Shown piece after piece: positions 36,064 through 47,512 of a stretch of DNA of 64,000 nucleotides. The position numbers were made by a program, and so were the translations under genes. The stretch comes from Marsupella aquatica (lineage: Eukaryota; Plantae; Marchantiophyta). Positions within the stretch are counted from its first letter, which is position 1; each line of letters opens with the position of its first letter. The notes under the pieces are model-generated. The model saw only the letters and a list, made by a program, of their open reading frames with translations. It had not been told where the DNA came from and did no database searches. The stretch spans positions 1,573,573-1,637,572 of the forward strand of contig OZ316899.1 in NCBI GenBank assembly GCA_973895155.1, given 5' to 3'.

Positions 36064-38711
36064 ATGTCGCACAGGATCCTCTCCAGCTCGGCCATTCGAT
36101 TCTGGACACAGTTCCTATCTACCGGAAGGCACTTGGCCGACTCATTGAAACACGCCAACCCGCGCCGATACAAAATCGAACGCGAGTACGAGAGAGCCAT
36201 CCGCCTAGCAGGACGACACCACTACATCCTTAACTTTGACTACCCGTCTCAGAGCGAGCTTTACCGACCAGCAGAGGTATCTGGGTACTTCTTCAATGGA
36301 GACAAATATATTGGTTTCTGGGAAGCATTGCTTCGGCTTCCGGACGAGGTCCTCAATATCCCGGGTACGATCGACTTGCAACGACATCACTTTGACCACA
36401 TCCCTGCTCAGGTTTGGGCTATCATCAACAGCGAGTCCACCACTACCCGTTCGACAAGGTCGTCCGCACTTGCTTCGGAGAACTTCTACCAGCACCTGCA
36501 GAGCTTCATGGGAACTAGACCCGCAACCACCGGCGCCAGCCCAGTGGACCCCATACCCGTACCCGTACCAACGCAGACTCAGGCTCAGGCTCAGCTTCAG
36601 GCTCAGCTTCAGTCTCAGCCTCAGCCTAGCCAACCCCCACCGCCGATCGCCTCGCTAGCAGTACAAGTACGCTCCATCATCAACGCTGTGGACCTTAGCG
36701 ACGACGACGAGGCTACCCCACCCTTGCTCAGGCGGCCCAGAGGAGTAAACACTCAGGGGGCCGACACTGCATCGTCCCCTCCCCATGCTCGGACCCAAGG
36801 AGCGGCTCCAGCAGACAACACGGTGACCGTGGCTGCCCCGGGACCAATACTAACGGCGGTAGTACTACCTATGCCCGATCGAGAGGATGGGGAGCTGTCA
36901 CCTTCCCCGAGCCAATCACGGGGGAAGAAGAGGAAGGAACCCGCCACTGCATCCGGGTTACCATTGGCCACGGTAGCCGTGGCCAAGGTAACAATGCACC
37001 GCATGGGGGAAACGTGCATAAGAACATCCTCCATCCCAAGCATGCGGTGTACCTAAAGACTCAGGGATTCGAGCACCTCGCCGCTCTACCCTGGAACACT
37101 TGCAGGTACTACGGGGAGGACATGACAGAATTCGTCAAGAATTATGATGATACACGTCAGCATACTCGGCTGCGGGGAAGGAATATGTCCCTCACGGAAG
37201 AACAGCTCAGGATGATCTTCGGATTACCCGAAAGTGACCATCGAGTCGAATCACGGGCTCCCGGGGGCAAGGGAGCCAAGTACCAATCCTCAAGTTTTCC
37301 CTCGGAAGGAGCAGTGGACAACGGGTTTGTGATGAGGACCTGCCTCATCCCCGAGATAGCTGAGCGACTGGAGTTCCAGAGGTACGCCCTCCACATGATG
37401 GAACCCTGAGGGGAGATCTCCGCCGCCCAGGTTATCCAGGTCGAGAACTATCGACCTAGGAAGTGGGCGTCGTACTTCGCTAAGAAATTCCATGAAGAGA
37501 TGGAGCGGCGAAGGAAGACGCTGTACATTGGCGGGAAGGCGTATTTCGCTAGCCACATCGAGATCATTCTTGAGTGGTACGCTCGGTTTGATCGACGAAC
37601 CCTTCCCCGTGTCAACGTTACAAAGCTGGTCCCAGCTAGGTGGGTTTTTCCGGCCTTGGAGAGACGGCCCCAACCCGAGGCCCGAAGTCCAGCGGACACG
37701 CCAGCTTCACCCACCCCACCTCCACAAGTAGCTGTAGTCGTAACCGAGGAGGTACCGGATGGGTCGGTTGTCGCAATCGTTGATGTGATCCAACAGGCCG
37801 GGCTAAGTACAGAAGTCGGTACGGCGGAGGTCTTACCCGAGCCCGGGTCTCCCAAAGACCCACCGGTGGCTATTCCGGAGAACCGGACATTGCTGCAGGA
37901 GGACACTCCAGCCCCTTCCAACATTACGTCCCCAGGGCTGGACGTCACTACCCCGGCCCCCGCGCGTGTTGACGTCTGCCCGTGCCCAACTCCGGACAGG
38001 CACAATCTGGACCACCCGAAACTCTTCGTACCGGGTACATTTCTGAACGGGCTTCTGGGAGATTTCTCTCATCAAATTGCCCGGGAGTTCATGGCCCGGA
38101 AGGTAGCCTGTTTCTTCAATCAGGAGTTAGTTGCCGCAGTAAAGGCAGGTCGGGCCCAGTCAGAGGCCCTTCAGAGGATAGAGCGGTACTGGGTGGAGTC
38201 CGTCTACTTAAAGAACAAAGTTGCAGCTCAAGAGGCTGAGCTTCTGCAACTACGACCCAAGGTTGCAGCCGCCGATGATTTGTTAGCAAAGGCGCACACC
38301 CTTACCGCCCTAGCCGAGCAGGCCAAAGCTGGGAACGAGGCCGAGATTGCACGACTCCGGAACCAGATTGACAGTTTGAAGAATCAAACTGTCATCTGGC
38401 AGAAGGACCTGGAGGAGGCCGAAGAACGGGCCCAGCGGGACACTGCGGAGATAGCCACGCTGCAGGCCAAGGTGGCGCGGCTCCAAACCGAGCTTGAGAA
38501 GCAGGACCAGCTGGCGGGTAAACTGACGAGCGACGCCCAACAGCTGGAGGAGGCATGTCAGGAGGCAGCAGAGGAGACGGACGCGGCGAGGCGAGAGAAC
38601 GAATCTCTGCTGGACCAGGTCCAGCTCCTCAAGGCGGACAATGACAGGCTTCGAAGGCAGCGGGATGGCCGCTCCCATTCGGGCGGCTCTGGCAAGCGTG
38701 CCAGGCATTAG
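36064..38711 (+). pseudogene. LTR-encoded ~880-codon PMD-like/coiled-coil ORF (C copy; one frameshift near 37015, one TGA at 37407)
   Basis: Pieces 36064-37056, 37014-37409 and 37500-38711 lie entirely between the LTR termini. Confidence 0.82.
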
Positions 38712-39617
38712 CAGCGGAGCAGGAATAGATTAGGATTAGGACTAGCTTAGTTAGGCTCTTGGGACAGGCACCTGCCTTAGGTACAGCAGCGCTGCCATGC
38801 TGTCCAGCCTGCGTAGATTAGGATCTTCTAATAAGACACAGCCATTTTCCAGCCTGACTGTCAGCTTAGTTAGGACCTTAGTCAGCGAATCTTCGGCGAG
38901 AGGACACCCCGTCCCTCGGCCCTTAGTATTTAGTGCACCCCTCGGTAGAGGCAGGGGGGTTTTTAGTCTCAGAGTTGGACATCCGTGGTATGTGCGGGGA
39001 GTCCCGGCCTCTGGGAGTGAAAGAGTACCAAGGGGAGGGGGTAGGACTAAGCTCGCCGGGCGAGTGCGGAGCCAGGCTCCGTTGTAGTATACTCTCTCGG
39101 CCTTGAACCTGTTCATTCCGGAGCTATCGGGTCAACCAAGTGTACGCACATGTCCCCTATGTAGTAAAATCCTTTCCCATTATTTCCTTCGTGTAAATCG
39201 AGATTGTATGCTTGTGCGCGTGTATGTGTGTATGAATCTCGTGTATAGGTGACAACGCCGGGCCAAACGCACTACCGAATCGTGCACGAGGTGCAGCTTG
39301 CGGGGATGTGGTTGCGAGCACGGGTTGAGGACCTGTATCATGGAATCTGGATCGAAGGCGGACAACACGAAGGCTTAGAAGTCCTTAAGCCGGGGTCGAT
39401 CCTGTTATCGACTAAGGTACGTTCCGGCGGCGGAACACAAACCATACCTAGGAGATGTCCGTATCTAACAGTAGGCGCACTTAGCGCTAGTTTACGTGAA
39501 TTAGGTGCATTACGCGCTTCCCTCCTTGCCCGAACCCTCAGATTTACGAGGGATGTGCCCGTCTAAGCTAAAGTCTAAGTTAAGGCCGAAGCCGACGACG
39601 TGACATAGCCTTTGTTT

Positions 39618-39636
39618 TGGCGCTAGATGGAGGGGG
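39618..39636 (+). promoter_or_regulatory. Primer-binding site of element C, tRNA-Asn-like
   Basis: TGGCGCTAGATGGAGGGGG resembles the complement of the plant tRNA-Asn(GUU) 3' end (recalled, not searched); the same motif occurs at the D PBS. Confidence 0.75.
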
Positions 39637-39728
39637 CACTCTACATATCGTAGAGGGGAGACATGTGCGTATTCACCTAGGCAGGATACATCAGGACGTA
39701 GTACTAACCATCGCATTTATATGAGTAA

Positions 39729-40773
39729 ATGCCCGTCACTCGTTCTCAAGCAGCTTACTTGAGGAGATTGACCAGCGAACGAGAAAGTGCAACCACGACA
39801 AGTTCCGATTCTTTGGGCTCGGAGGACTCGCAATCGCCCCGACGTATGAACATACCCCCGGGACCTTTGGGGTCCGGTTCGACCGGTCCTGCTGCGGTTC
39901 CTCCGCCACCACCACCACCACCGCCACCTCCACCACCACCTATGGCAGCCGCTCCACCGATGGCCCGCGCTGCTCAAGCTCCTCCACAAATATTGCAACG
40001 ATCGCGATTTCATTATCGACCTTTCAAGGGGCGTCATGGGGATGATCCGGATGAATGGTTGGATGAGTTTGAAGCCACTGCTAAAGCTAATGGGGAAGAC
40101 GCCATTAAGCTAACCGTCCTCCCGGGAGTGATGCGGGGAGAAGCTCATCCATGGTACAACTCGTTGCCACCCGGGACTACATGGGCACAATTCCAAGCTG
40201 CATTGCTGCAGGAGTTTCGTGCCATTGGATCAGAACAACGTTCTCTATTAAAGATTGGCCAGTTTTGCATGGGAAAGAAGGAGTCCCTGCGGAAGTTCAT
40301 TCAGAAGTTTCAGAAACTTGCGGCCAAGATCCGGTCCAGGCCGGGAGATGCGCTCCAGCTTACATGGTTCCTTCATGGTTTGCCCACGAATATGCAATTA
40401 TGGGTACGCCAGAATAATCCAATTTCAATGCAGGCGGCCATAGCGTGCGCCGAAACTTACCGGGAGTCCACCTATAACTCCCGGCGGAGCCAGCGAGCAC
40501 GCCGCAAGAAGGGTAAGTACGAGACCTTTAGTGACAGCGACTCCGAATTGGACGACGAGAGGAAGAAGAAATGCAAGAAGAAGAAGAAACATCGTTCGAC
40601 CTCGTCCAGCTCGGAGACGGAATCCAGTTCGGATTCAGCTTCAAGCATCGGATCCTCTACCTCCAGTTCATCAGGAAGTGACTCGGAGAGTGAAAGCCGG
40701 AGCAAAAAGAAGAAGAGACGAGTGAAGAAGGAGGGGAAGATCAAACCCCGGGTGCGAAGAACCCCGAGCGGAA
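39729..40773 (+). pseudogene. gag: Element C gag, N-terminal part, truncated
   Basis: FHYRPFKGRHGDDPDEWLDEFEATA...GEAHPWY...WFLHGLP, then a Ser/Lys-rich linker; cut before the zinc knuckles. Confidence 0.88.
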
Positions 40774-42337
40774 GCTTGGATTCTGGCCTGATTCTCTCCT
40801 TGTCTCCAGCAAAGGGGTTTCCTCTTGTGAGCCGGTGTAGGCCTACCTCTGGAGTAGTGTCCTGCATTGTTGCCGTTGCCGTTGTCGTTGCCGATGCCGA
40901 TCTCTTTTCTTTCTCCAGTAGTTTCAGCAAACTCTACATGCCTGGTTGCTGCATCGGCAAGTCCTCCGTCCTTGGCCTAAACACCTGCTCGATCGTAGGG
41001 CTAACAGGTGGTTGAGGCTTCTCTGCTAACGGCCTTGGCGCTGGAGCTTCCTCGGGTGCCCTTACCTGCAGGGGAAGTACTGGGGCAAAAGTCTGACCTC
41101 TAGCATACCGGCACAACAGCGGCATGTGATAGCCAAGCCGCGACACGCTCCCCATGCCGATTACCTGCTGCTCCTCCTTTAAGATCTTCTTCAATTGGTT
41201 GAGAAGGTACCCGTTGTAGTCCCGGCTTGGGTCTGGCCTCTCTGCCAGATAGACCTGTGCCTTGCCGATCTCTGCCCTTGGCAAGTTACAATGCATGGTC
41301 ACCCGCAAGAAGTCGATCATCTCTCCTATGTGCGGGTTGGTGCAGGTGTTCCGGAAGAAGCCATTCTTCGTTGATGGCCCGGGAAACGACCGGAACTCCT
41401 TGTCAGGCAAGGTCTTCCTGGTATCAACTTTGGTCTTATTGCCTATCGGCAAGCCAAACACTTCGGTAATCACTTTGGGAGTAAGATAGAAATCCTTCCC
41501 ATATATCCTCGTGCAATTGGTCTCGGGTTCCCATGACCCCACGAATTCTAATAGGTCTGACTCCGGTACCTCCGGCTTCAGCCATGGTAATCTTACAAAG
41601 GCCTCTAAGCCGGATCCGGCCATGAAGCCTTGGTACTTCTTGGTTTGCATGGCCGTAAAGCATGCATCCTCCTCCCGTGCAAAATGTAGTTGCACCTCCA
41701 CCGGTAGGGTTGCCGCCCAGCCCTTCCAGGTGTCATCCCTGGTTGGAATGGCCTTGATGGGATTGACCTCCTCCTCTTCGGCTTCTCCCTGCCTCCTGCT
41801 CTATTGCTCGGCTGGCTTCTTTGGTGCCGCCGACCTCGTTCTTTTTGCCGGGGTGACTTCATCGTTGACGGCTCCCTTCCTCTTCATCTCTGCTGCCGTG
41901 GAGGTTTCTCCTAGCACCGTTGCCTGGGTCCACCTTTCCGTGCTACCCTTTAATTCCCAGTGTATGTCGTTGCAGTTCTTGATGGCCTCTCGGATGCCGA
42001 CGACGTTGTCTTTGCAAAACAGAAGATCGTCGAGTTGATTGGAAGTAGGAGTCCACAAGAACTCGTCCTTGATGAGTTCGCCTCCTAAGAAAGTCGTCTT
42101 CTGCAGCTCCCACAATCGAGCGAGCTCCTGCCGTTCTCGAGCTGCCCTTTCTGATTCCTCGTCCTCGTAAGTCTTGATGTACTCAGTTGCCCGTTCGAAC
42201 AGGCATCCCCAGAAATGTGCCGCTTGATTGACGTTGCTCATACCCTCCTTAGGTCGATCGTCGGTATCTACTCTCTCCCCGAGTGCTTGCCTAAGCAGCT
42301 GACAGTAGTTGAGAGTGATTCCTGTCTAGGCATCACA
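40774..42337 (-). repeat. Element D 3' LTR remnant carrying the 5' part of the LTR ORF
   Basis: Begins TGTGATGCCTAG 3 nt after the PPT; near-identical to 62657-64000. Confidence 0.9.
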
Positions 42338-45300
42338 TAGCTCCCCACTTAATTGTGAAGCGTCCTCGCGAACAACTTCATCTTCGTCCATATAGTATTT
42401 CTTGAGGCGGTCATAATGGATGCGAACTGGATATACCTCTCCCGTAATGTTGGCCAATTGTACGGAGCCATTGGAGAACATCATGGTTACTCTAAAGGGT
42501 CCTAACCAGCGAGTGTAAAGCTTTCCTGGAAACCTACTATACCTACTGTCATAAAGTAGCACAAGATCACCGGTGTGAATACTAACTACTTTCAACCTTT
42601 TATCATACTGCTGCTTCATGATATTCTGTCTATATTCTACTCTCTCGGCTGAAATCATTCTCGCCTCCTCTAAAGCTTCTAACCTATATTCTCGCTCCTT
42701 TAGGCTCTCCTCCGCTGAGGCTCTTTCCTCAATTGTAACTTGAAATGTCGGTATCTCAAGTTGCATGGGTACCAGGGCTTCTTGTCCAAAGGTTAAGAAG
42801 AAGGGTGTATGACCGGTAGTGGATTTATAGGCTAGATTGTAAGCAAAAACAGCAGCAAACAATTTATCATCCCAATCAAGTTTGTTCTGAGCTACTGTCT
42901 TGTTCAATATCTTTCCTATAATTCCGTTTGCTCGTTCTGTCAACCCATTTGCCTTTGGATGGTAGGGAGTAGTAGGCCTATGCCTAACTAAATACTGCTC
43001 ATTTAAACGACTAATTATATCATTCAAAAAATGGGTTCCTCTATCACTAACTAATTCTAGGGGTGCTCCATACCTGGTGAAGATCTGCTCATACATGAAT
43101 CTAGCCGTAGTAATTGCATCATCCTTCGTTGTCGGTCTGGCCTCTACCCATTTAGTTGCATAATCCGTAGCCAGGATTATGTACTTGTTCCGTCGAGGGT
43201 GGGTCAGTGGTTTCAGAGGTCCGATGTAATCAATACCCCACTTCTCGAATGGTGCCAGAGGTAGAATAGGGTGTAGTGGATGTCTGGTGGACGCCCTTGG
43301 TCCTCCCGCTCGTTGACAAGGATCGCATTGTTTGATAAACTGATAGACATCCTTGTGCAAGGTGGGCCACCAGTAACCGGCATTTAATATCTTCTTAGAC
43401 GTGGTTACTGGGGCAAAATGTCCTCCGGCCTCCTCTCCATGCATGGCCCGTAGGACTCGTTTTACCTCTCCCTTTTCCAAACACCTTTGAATCGTGCCGT
43501 TGATTCCATGCTTGTGCAGTATGCCTTTAATGCACTGATACTGTCTGACCTTCCGCACAAAGACTGCGGCTTGCTCTCGGCTTAATCCTGGCTGTAATCT
43601 GGAAGTGCTGAGAAAATGTAAAATCTTAGGGTACCATGTATCAGCTATTTCCACAACGAATAGCTCCTCGTCGGGGAATCGATCATCGATGCAATCCGTG
43701 GCAGGTTCACCTGTGATCCTTGAAAAGAAGTCGGCATTGGCGTGTAACTTTCTCGGCTTGATCCTCAGCTCATAGTCAAACTCCTGTAATAGCAAAATCC
43801 ATCTTGCTACTCTGCCTGTAAGGTCCGGCTTATTGACTAGGTACTTCAAACTTTCATGATCGGTATGAAAGATTACCTTGTACCCTAGTAAATAATGCCT
43901 AAACTTTTTACAAGAATAAATGACTCCTAATGCTTCTCTCTCTGTGGTGGAGTAGTTCCGTTCGGCATCGGCAAGCTGACGGCTTGCGAAGTATATGGGA
44001 TGGTCCCTTCCTTTCTCATCCAACTGACTTAGTACTGAGCCGATACAGAAGCCCGAGACATCGACAAAAACATGAAAATCTTTGTTCCAGTCCGGTGCTA
44101 TCATGACTGGGGCCTCTACTAACATCTGCTTCAGTTCTACCACCGTTGTGACTCGTTCGGGTGTGGGTTCGAAGTCCGCCCCTGCCTTGAGCATGTTGGT
44201 TAATGGTAAAGCTAGCTTGGCAAAATCCTTGATGAACCGGCGATAGTAACCAATGCATCCCAAGAAGGATCTTACATCCTTTATGTTCTTAGGTTGCATG
44301 ATATCTAGCCATACTGCTAGCTTACCTTTGTCAATCTCAATGCCCTTCCTTGATACCTTGTGACCTAGTAGCACCCCCTCGGTTACTGCAAAGAAACATT
44401 TATCTGGGTGTAACTTGAGACCCACCTCTCTACATCTCATGAAGGTTTTCCTGAGGTATTTAGCATGTTTCGATGCCTTCCCGAATACTGCAAAGTCATC
44501 AATGAAGATTTCCATGAACTTTCTCAAGTAATCATGAAAAATGTTCACCATTAATCGTTGAAACATAGGTGGTGCGTTGCAGAGTCCAAACGGCATACGA
44601 TTGAAGACATAGATCCCCCATTCCGTGATGAAGGCCGTCTTGATTTGGTCTTCTTGCCGAATCCTGATTTGGTTATAACCAGAGTACCCATCCATGAATG
44701 AATATAGTTCATGACTGGCTACCATGTCTAGTACCATATCAGTAAACGGTAAAGGAAAATGGTCTTTTAATGTTGCTTCATTCAGCTTCCTGTAATCCTG
44801 ACAAACCCGGATCTTGGGTTTACCATCGGGTCCAGCTTTCTTGGGAACTATCACAATTGGAGACACCCAGTCTGAATGCAGGACTAGAGTGATGAATCCA
44901 GCTTCCACTAGTTTGTCGATTTCCGTTTTGACCAGCAGGGAATACTTCGGGTTCATCCTTCGAATTGGTTGTCGAAATGATTTGGCTCCTAACATGAGAT
45001 CAATTCGATGTTCCCCTAGTGTTGGATCTACTCCCTTTAGATCTTGGTGACTCCATGCAAACACATCCTGAAATTCAATCAATAAGTCACTGATCTCTTT
45101 CTCGAGCTCAGGTGCTAGGTTTCTCCCTAAGTTCAGTTCTCTTCCCTCTCCTAAGTCAAGCTTCCGATATTGCCGTGCTTGGATCATATTAATCTGCTTC
45201 TTCAAATTCGGGTCCAGTTCGGCTTCCAGTCTCTCCAATCTCATACCTCCATAAACTGGAATCTCGGCTGGACTAGCCGAGTCGGTCCCTTCCTTGGTGT

Positions 45301-45592
45301 CCATAGATTGTCCCCTTGCCGGTCTATCCGGTTTTGAATTGGTGGTCGGCTCCCCTTCCTGCCTTGGCTCTGGATTGTGTCTGAGCATCTCATCCACCTC
45401 TTGCTCCTGAGGGTCAGGCCGCTGTGCTCTCCCGGCTTCTAATAGGGCCTCAATTTGTTCTGCCCTCGTAATCGGCTTGTATGCCGATCCCTTGGTATTT
45501 AATTCCTTGCCGATGATCGATGGCGTTGTGAACCCTGCCGGCTCTGCCACAACGCCTGCAGAAAATCCACTGTCCCTACTACTGCTCCCCAT
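42326..45592 (-). CDS. pol: Element D pol (RT-RNase H-integrase), 1088 open codons
   Basis: YSFMDGYSGYNQI, MPFGLCNAP, FIDDF, VFVDVSG, EREALGV, integrase GGHF...CDPC, GIDYIGP, SDRG, NGLTER, WLGPF; no chromodomain or extra RNase H seen. Confidence 0.96.
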   Translation of the reverse strand: MGSSSRDSGFSAGVVAEPAGFTTPSIIGKELNTKGSAYKPITRAEQIEALLEAGRAQRPDPQEQEVDEMLRHNPEPRQEGEPTTNSKPDRPARGQSMDTKEGTDSASPAEIPVYGGMRLERLEAELDPNLKKQINMIQARQYRKLDLGEGRELNLGRNLAPELEKEISDLLIEFQDVFAWSHQDLKGVDPTLGEHRIDLMLGAKSFRQPIRRMNPKYSLLVKTEIDKLVEAGFITLVLHSDWVSPIVIVPKKAGPDGKPKIRVCQDYRKLNEATLKDHFPLPFTDMVLDMVASHELYSFMDGYSGYNQIRIRQEDQIKTAFITEWGIYVFNRMPFGLCNAPPMFQRLMVNIFHDYLRKFMEIFIDDFAVFGKASKHAKYLRKTFMRCREVGLKLHPDKCFFAVTEGVLLGHKVSRKGIEIDKGKLAVWLDIMQPKNIKDVRSFLGCIGYYRRFIKDFAKLALPLTNMLKAGADFEPTPERVTTVVELKQMLVEAPVMIAPDWNKDFHVFVDVSGFCIGSVLSQLDEKGRDHPIYFASRQLADAERNYSTTEREALGVIYSCKKFRHYLLGYKVIFHTDHESLKYLVNKPDLTGRVARWILLLQEFDYELRIKPRKLHANADFFSRITGEPATDCIDDRFPDEELFVVEIADTWYPKILHFLSTSRLQPGLSREQAAVFVRKVRQYQCIKGILHKHGINGTIQRCLEKGEVKRVLRAMHGEEAGGHFAPVTTSKKILNAGYWWPTLHKDVYQFIKQCDPCQRAGGPRASTRHPLHPILPLAPFEKWGIDYIGPLKPLTHPRRNKYIILATDYATKWVEARPTTKDDAITTARFMYEQIFTRYGAPLELVSDRGTHFLNDIISRLNEQYLVRHRPTTPYHPKANGLTERANGIIGKILNKTVAQNKLDWDDKLFAAVFAYNLAYKSTTGHTPFFLTFGQEALVPMQLEIPTFQVTIEERASAEESLKEREYRLEALEEARMISAERVEYRQNIMKQQYDKRLKVVSIHTGDLVLLYDSRYSRFPGKLYTRWLGPFRVTMMFSNGSVQLANITGEVYPVRIHYDRLKKYYMDEDEVVREDASQLSGELCDA
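42341..42350 (-). promoter_or_regulatory. Polypurine tract of element D
   Basis: AAGTGGGGAG on minus, 3 nt before the LTR start. Confidence 0.85.
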
Positions 45593-46614
45593 TTAGCCGT
45601 TTCATCCAATTGGTCTACATCCTTTACTTCCTCCGAAATTGCAGCTAAAAAGGTGGATTCTATTGTAAAGCAGTCCTCGACCTCTTTGTCTTCTTCTTCC
45701 AAATCACCTTCCATTGGTTCTTGCCATAATCCGCTGGGGGGTACCTCTGGCCCAAAGACACTTTCTTCGGTTAGGTCAGTGAGGCATTCTAACCAACGTA
45801 CTTCATCGGCTGACTCTAGTCCACTGTCGTACCCATCTACTTCCCTTATGCTTTTCCTACGGTCATCCTTAGTGTCCCAGGATACCGTGATAGAGGGGGT
45901 CCCGAAAGTGAACTGCTTTTTACCCCAATCTTCTATTACCTCAGCTAGGTACAGCCATGGCCTACCAATCAATAGCCGGAATGACGTAGGATTTACCGGC
46001 TTCATTACCACATAGTTAATGCTAAAAAAGATACCTCCTATCTCTGTCTTGATGCCGGTTAACACTCCCGTGGGAATGACCTGATATCCATTGGCCATGT
46101 TCAACACTCTTCCAGTCATCTCCGGTGTTAGACCCCATCCTTTTGCTGTTGAATCAATCATAATACATACCCCTGATCCTCCATCGATGGGTACCCATAG
46201 TAATAATTCTCCTTGAATCATTAATGGTAATGCTGGGGCTCCTTGATCTTCTTCTATCATTAGTACGTCGGATCTGGTTGCTACCTTGGGTAATCTCGGC
46301 TTGCCGAGAATAGCCTTCCTTAATTGCTTCCGGAAGTACGGGCTATTTTTCAATAGTTGACCTATTGTTGCCGAGACTCTAGATTCTAGTACATCTTTAG
46401 CCAGGTCATAGGGAACAATCGGCTTCTCCTCTGGTGGTGTCTCCGTCTTGGATTCGGCCAGTTTTGTCGCGCTAGTCTCCACAACTGTTGGGTCCTCCGA
46501 AGCAAACAATGCTTTTGCTCGTTTCACATCCTTGGCAATGGCTTCGGTATTCTCCAGGGTTTCTAATTCTCTTAGTTGTTCCTTAACACTAGCCGTAACA
46601 GAGGGGTAGAACAA
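45499..46614 (-). pseudogene. pol: Element D protease region
   Basis: WVPIDGGSGVCIM and FRLLIGRPWL aspartic-protease motifs; out of frame with both gag and RT. Confidence 0.85.
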
Positions 46615-46639
46615 CTTAGGATGATCTCGATTGAAGTCG

Positions 46640-47512
46640 CTATCTTGTGAAGGATTGGGTTCACTGGTGGGCTCATGGCTTACCTATATTGTCGGAGCCC
46701 TCCCTTCTCCTTCCGTTGATGTTGACAAAGAGTCGATCTTTTCCTCCGTAACCTTCCCTTTATTTTTGGCCAGCCCATCCCACCTTTCCTTCCTTCTGGT
46801 AGATCGAGTAGAGACCCGGTAGCAATCATGATCTAAACCTCTTCTGAGAAGGTTGATAGGGCTTCGGCCTCATCATCAGATGGTACGAACTCTGCCTCGG
46901 CATCCTCTTGCCATCCTAGTTCGATGTGGTTGATTTGAACTCCTCCAGGGGTAGTACCTGGCGGTAAGACCTTGATCGGCAAAAGTTTATGATTTGCGGC
47001 CAGGCCTGCCAACCAAGTAGGACATTGCCCTAGCATATGACCTTCCTGTCGGCATCCCATACATAGCTGAGATGGTTGTCCATCACCCTGTTTGCGTGCA
47101 TTCGGGCATTCTCTAGCAAAATGGCCAGGTTGACCACAATTATAGCATGCCGCAAATCTTTGCACATTCGGCCTAGGAGGTACTGACGGGTTCTGAATAA
47201 TCCGAGGATACATCTCTCCTGGATTGTTCCTTAATCCTGACCACAGGGATGCAGGTCTGTTGGATAGGTCTCGTGCTCCAGTCTCACTGATGCCGAAAAC
47301 ACTATCAACGGCATCTTCTAAAAAGTACTCTACTTCTCCCTGACATGGTCTGATCTCGGCCACATGCCGAACATGATTAGTATTAAGTTTAGGACACGCA
47401 TCTTTATGGTGTCCGGTTTTATAACATAAGGCACACCATACAGAGCTATCCTCCTGTACTACCTTCTTCTTCGGCTTTACCTCTGCAATTATAGCCTTAA
47501 GTTGCTCGGTAA
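46640..47512 (-). pseudogene. gag: Element D gag, C-terminal part with three zinc knuckles
   Basis: CALCYKTGHHKDAC, CYNCGQPGHFAREC and CMGCRQEGHMLGQC; joins 58779 in frame across the MULE (DNIVALTE|QLKAIIAEV). Confidence 0.88.

Larger units (their letters stand above)
35597..40773 (+). mobile_element. Truncated gypsy element C (5' LTR, PBS, N-terminal gag)
   Basis: LTR TGTGACG (35597) to GTGACA (39605), PBS 39618-39636, gag from 39729; sequence switches to D LTR at 40774. Confidence 0.9.

Noticed and set aside
39897-39945. (CCA/CCG)n triplet tract
   Set aside because: Encodes the polyproline linker of gag; an ordinary low-complexity repeat.
39729-41015. 428-aa ORF as an intact gag
   Set aside because: After 40773 it runs into the antisense strand of the D LTR; it is a chimeric read-through.
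45499-45592. Programmed ribosomal frameshift between the protease ORF and RT
   Set aside because: No convincing slippery heptamer, and the same element has other random lesions (frameshift near 46840, stop near 46686, stop at 59292); needs other copies to judge.
40774-47512. Apparent inversion of the gag-C/pol block relative to element C gag
   Set aside because: The block joins in frame to the gag at 58779+ across the TSD-flanked MULE, so it belongs to minus-strand element D, not to C.
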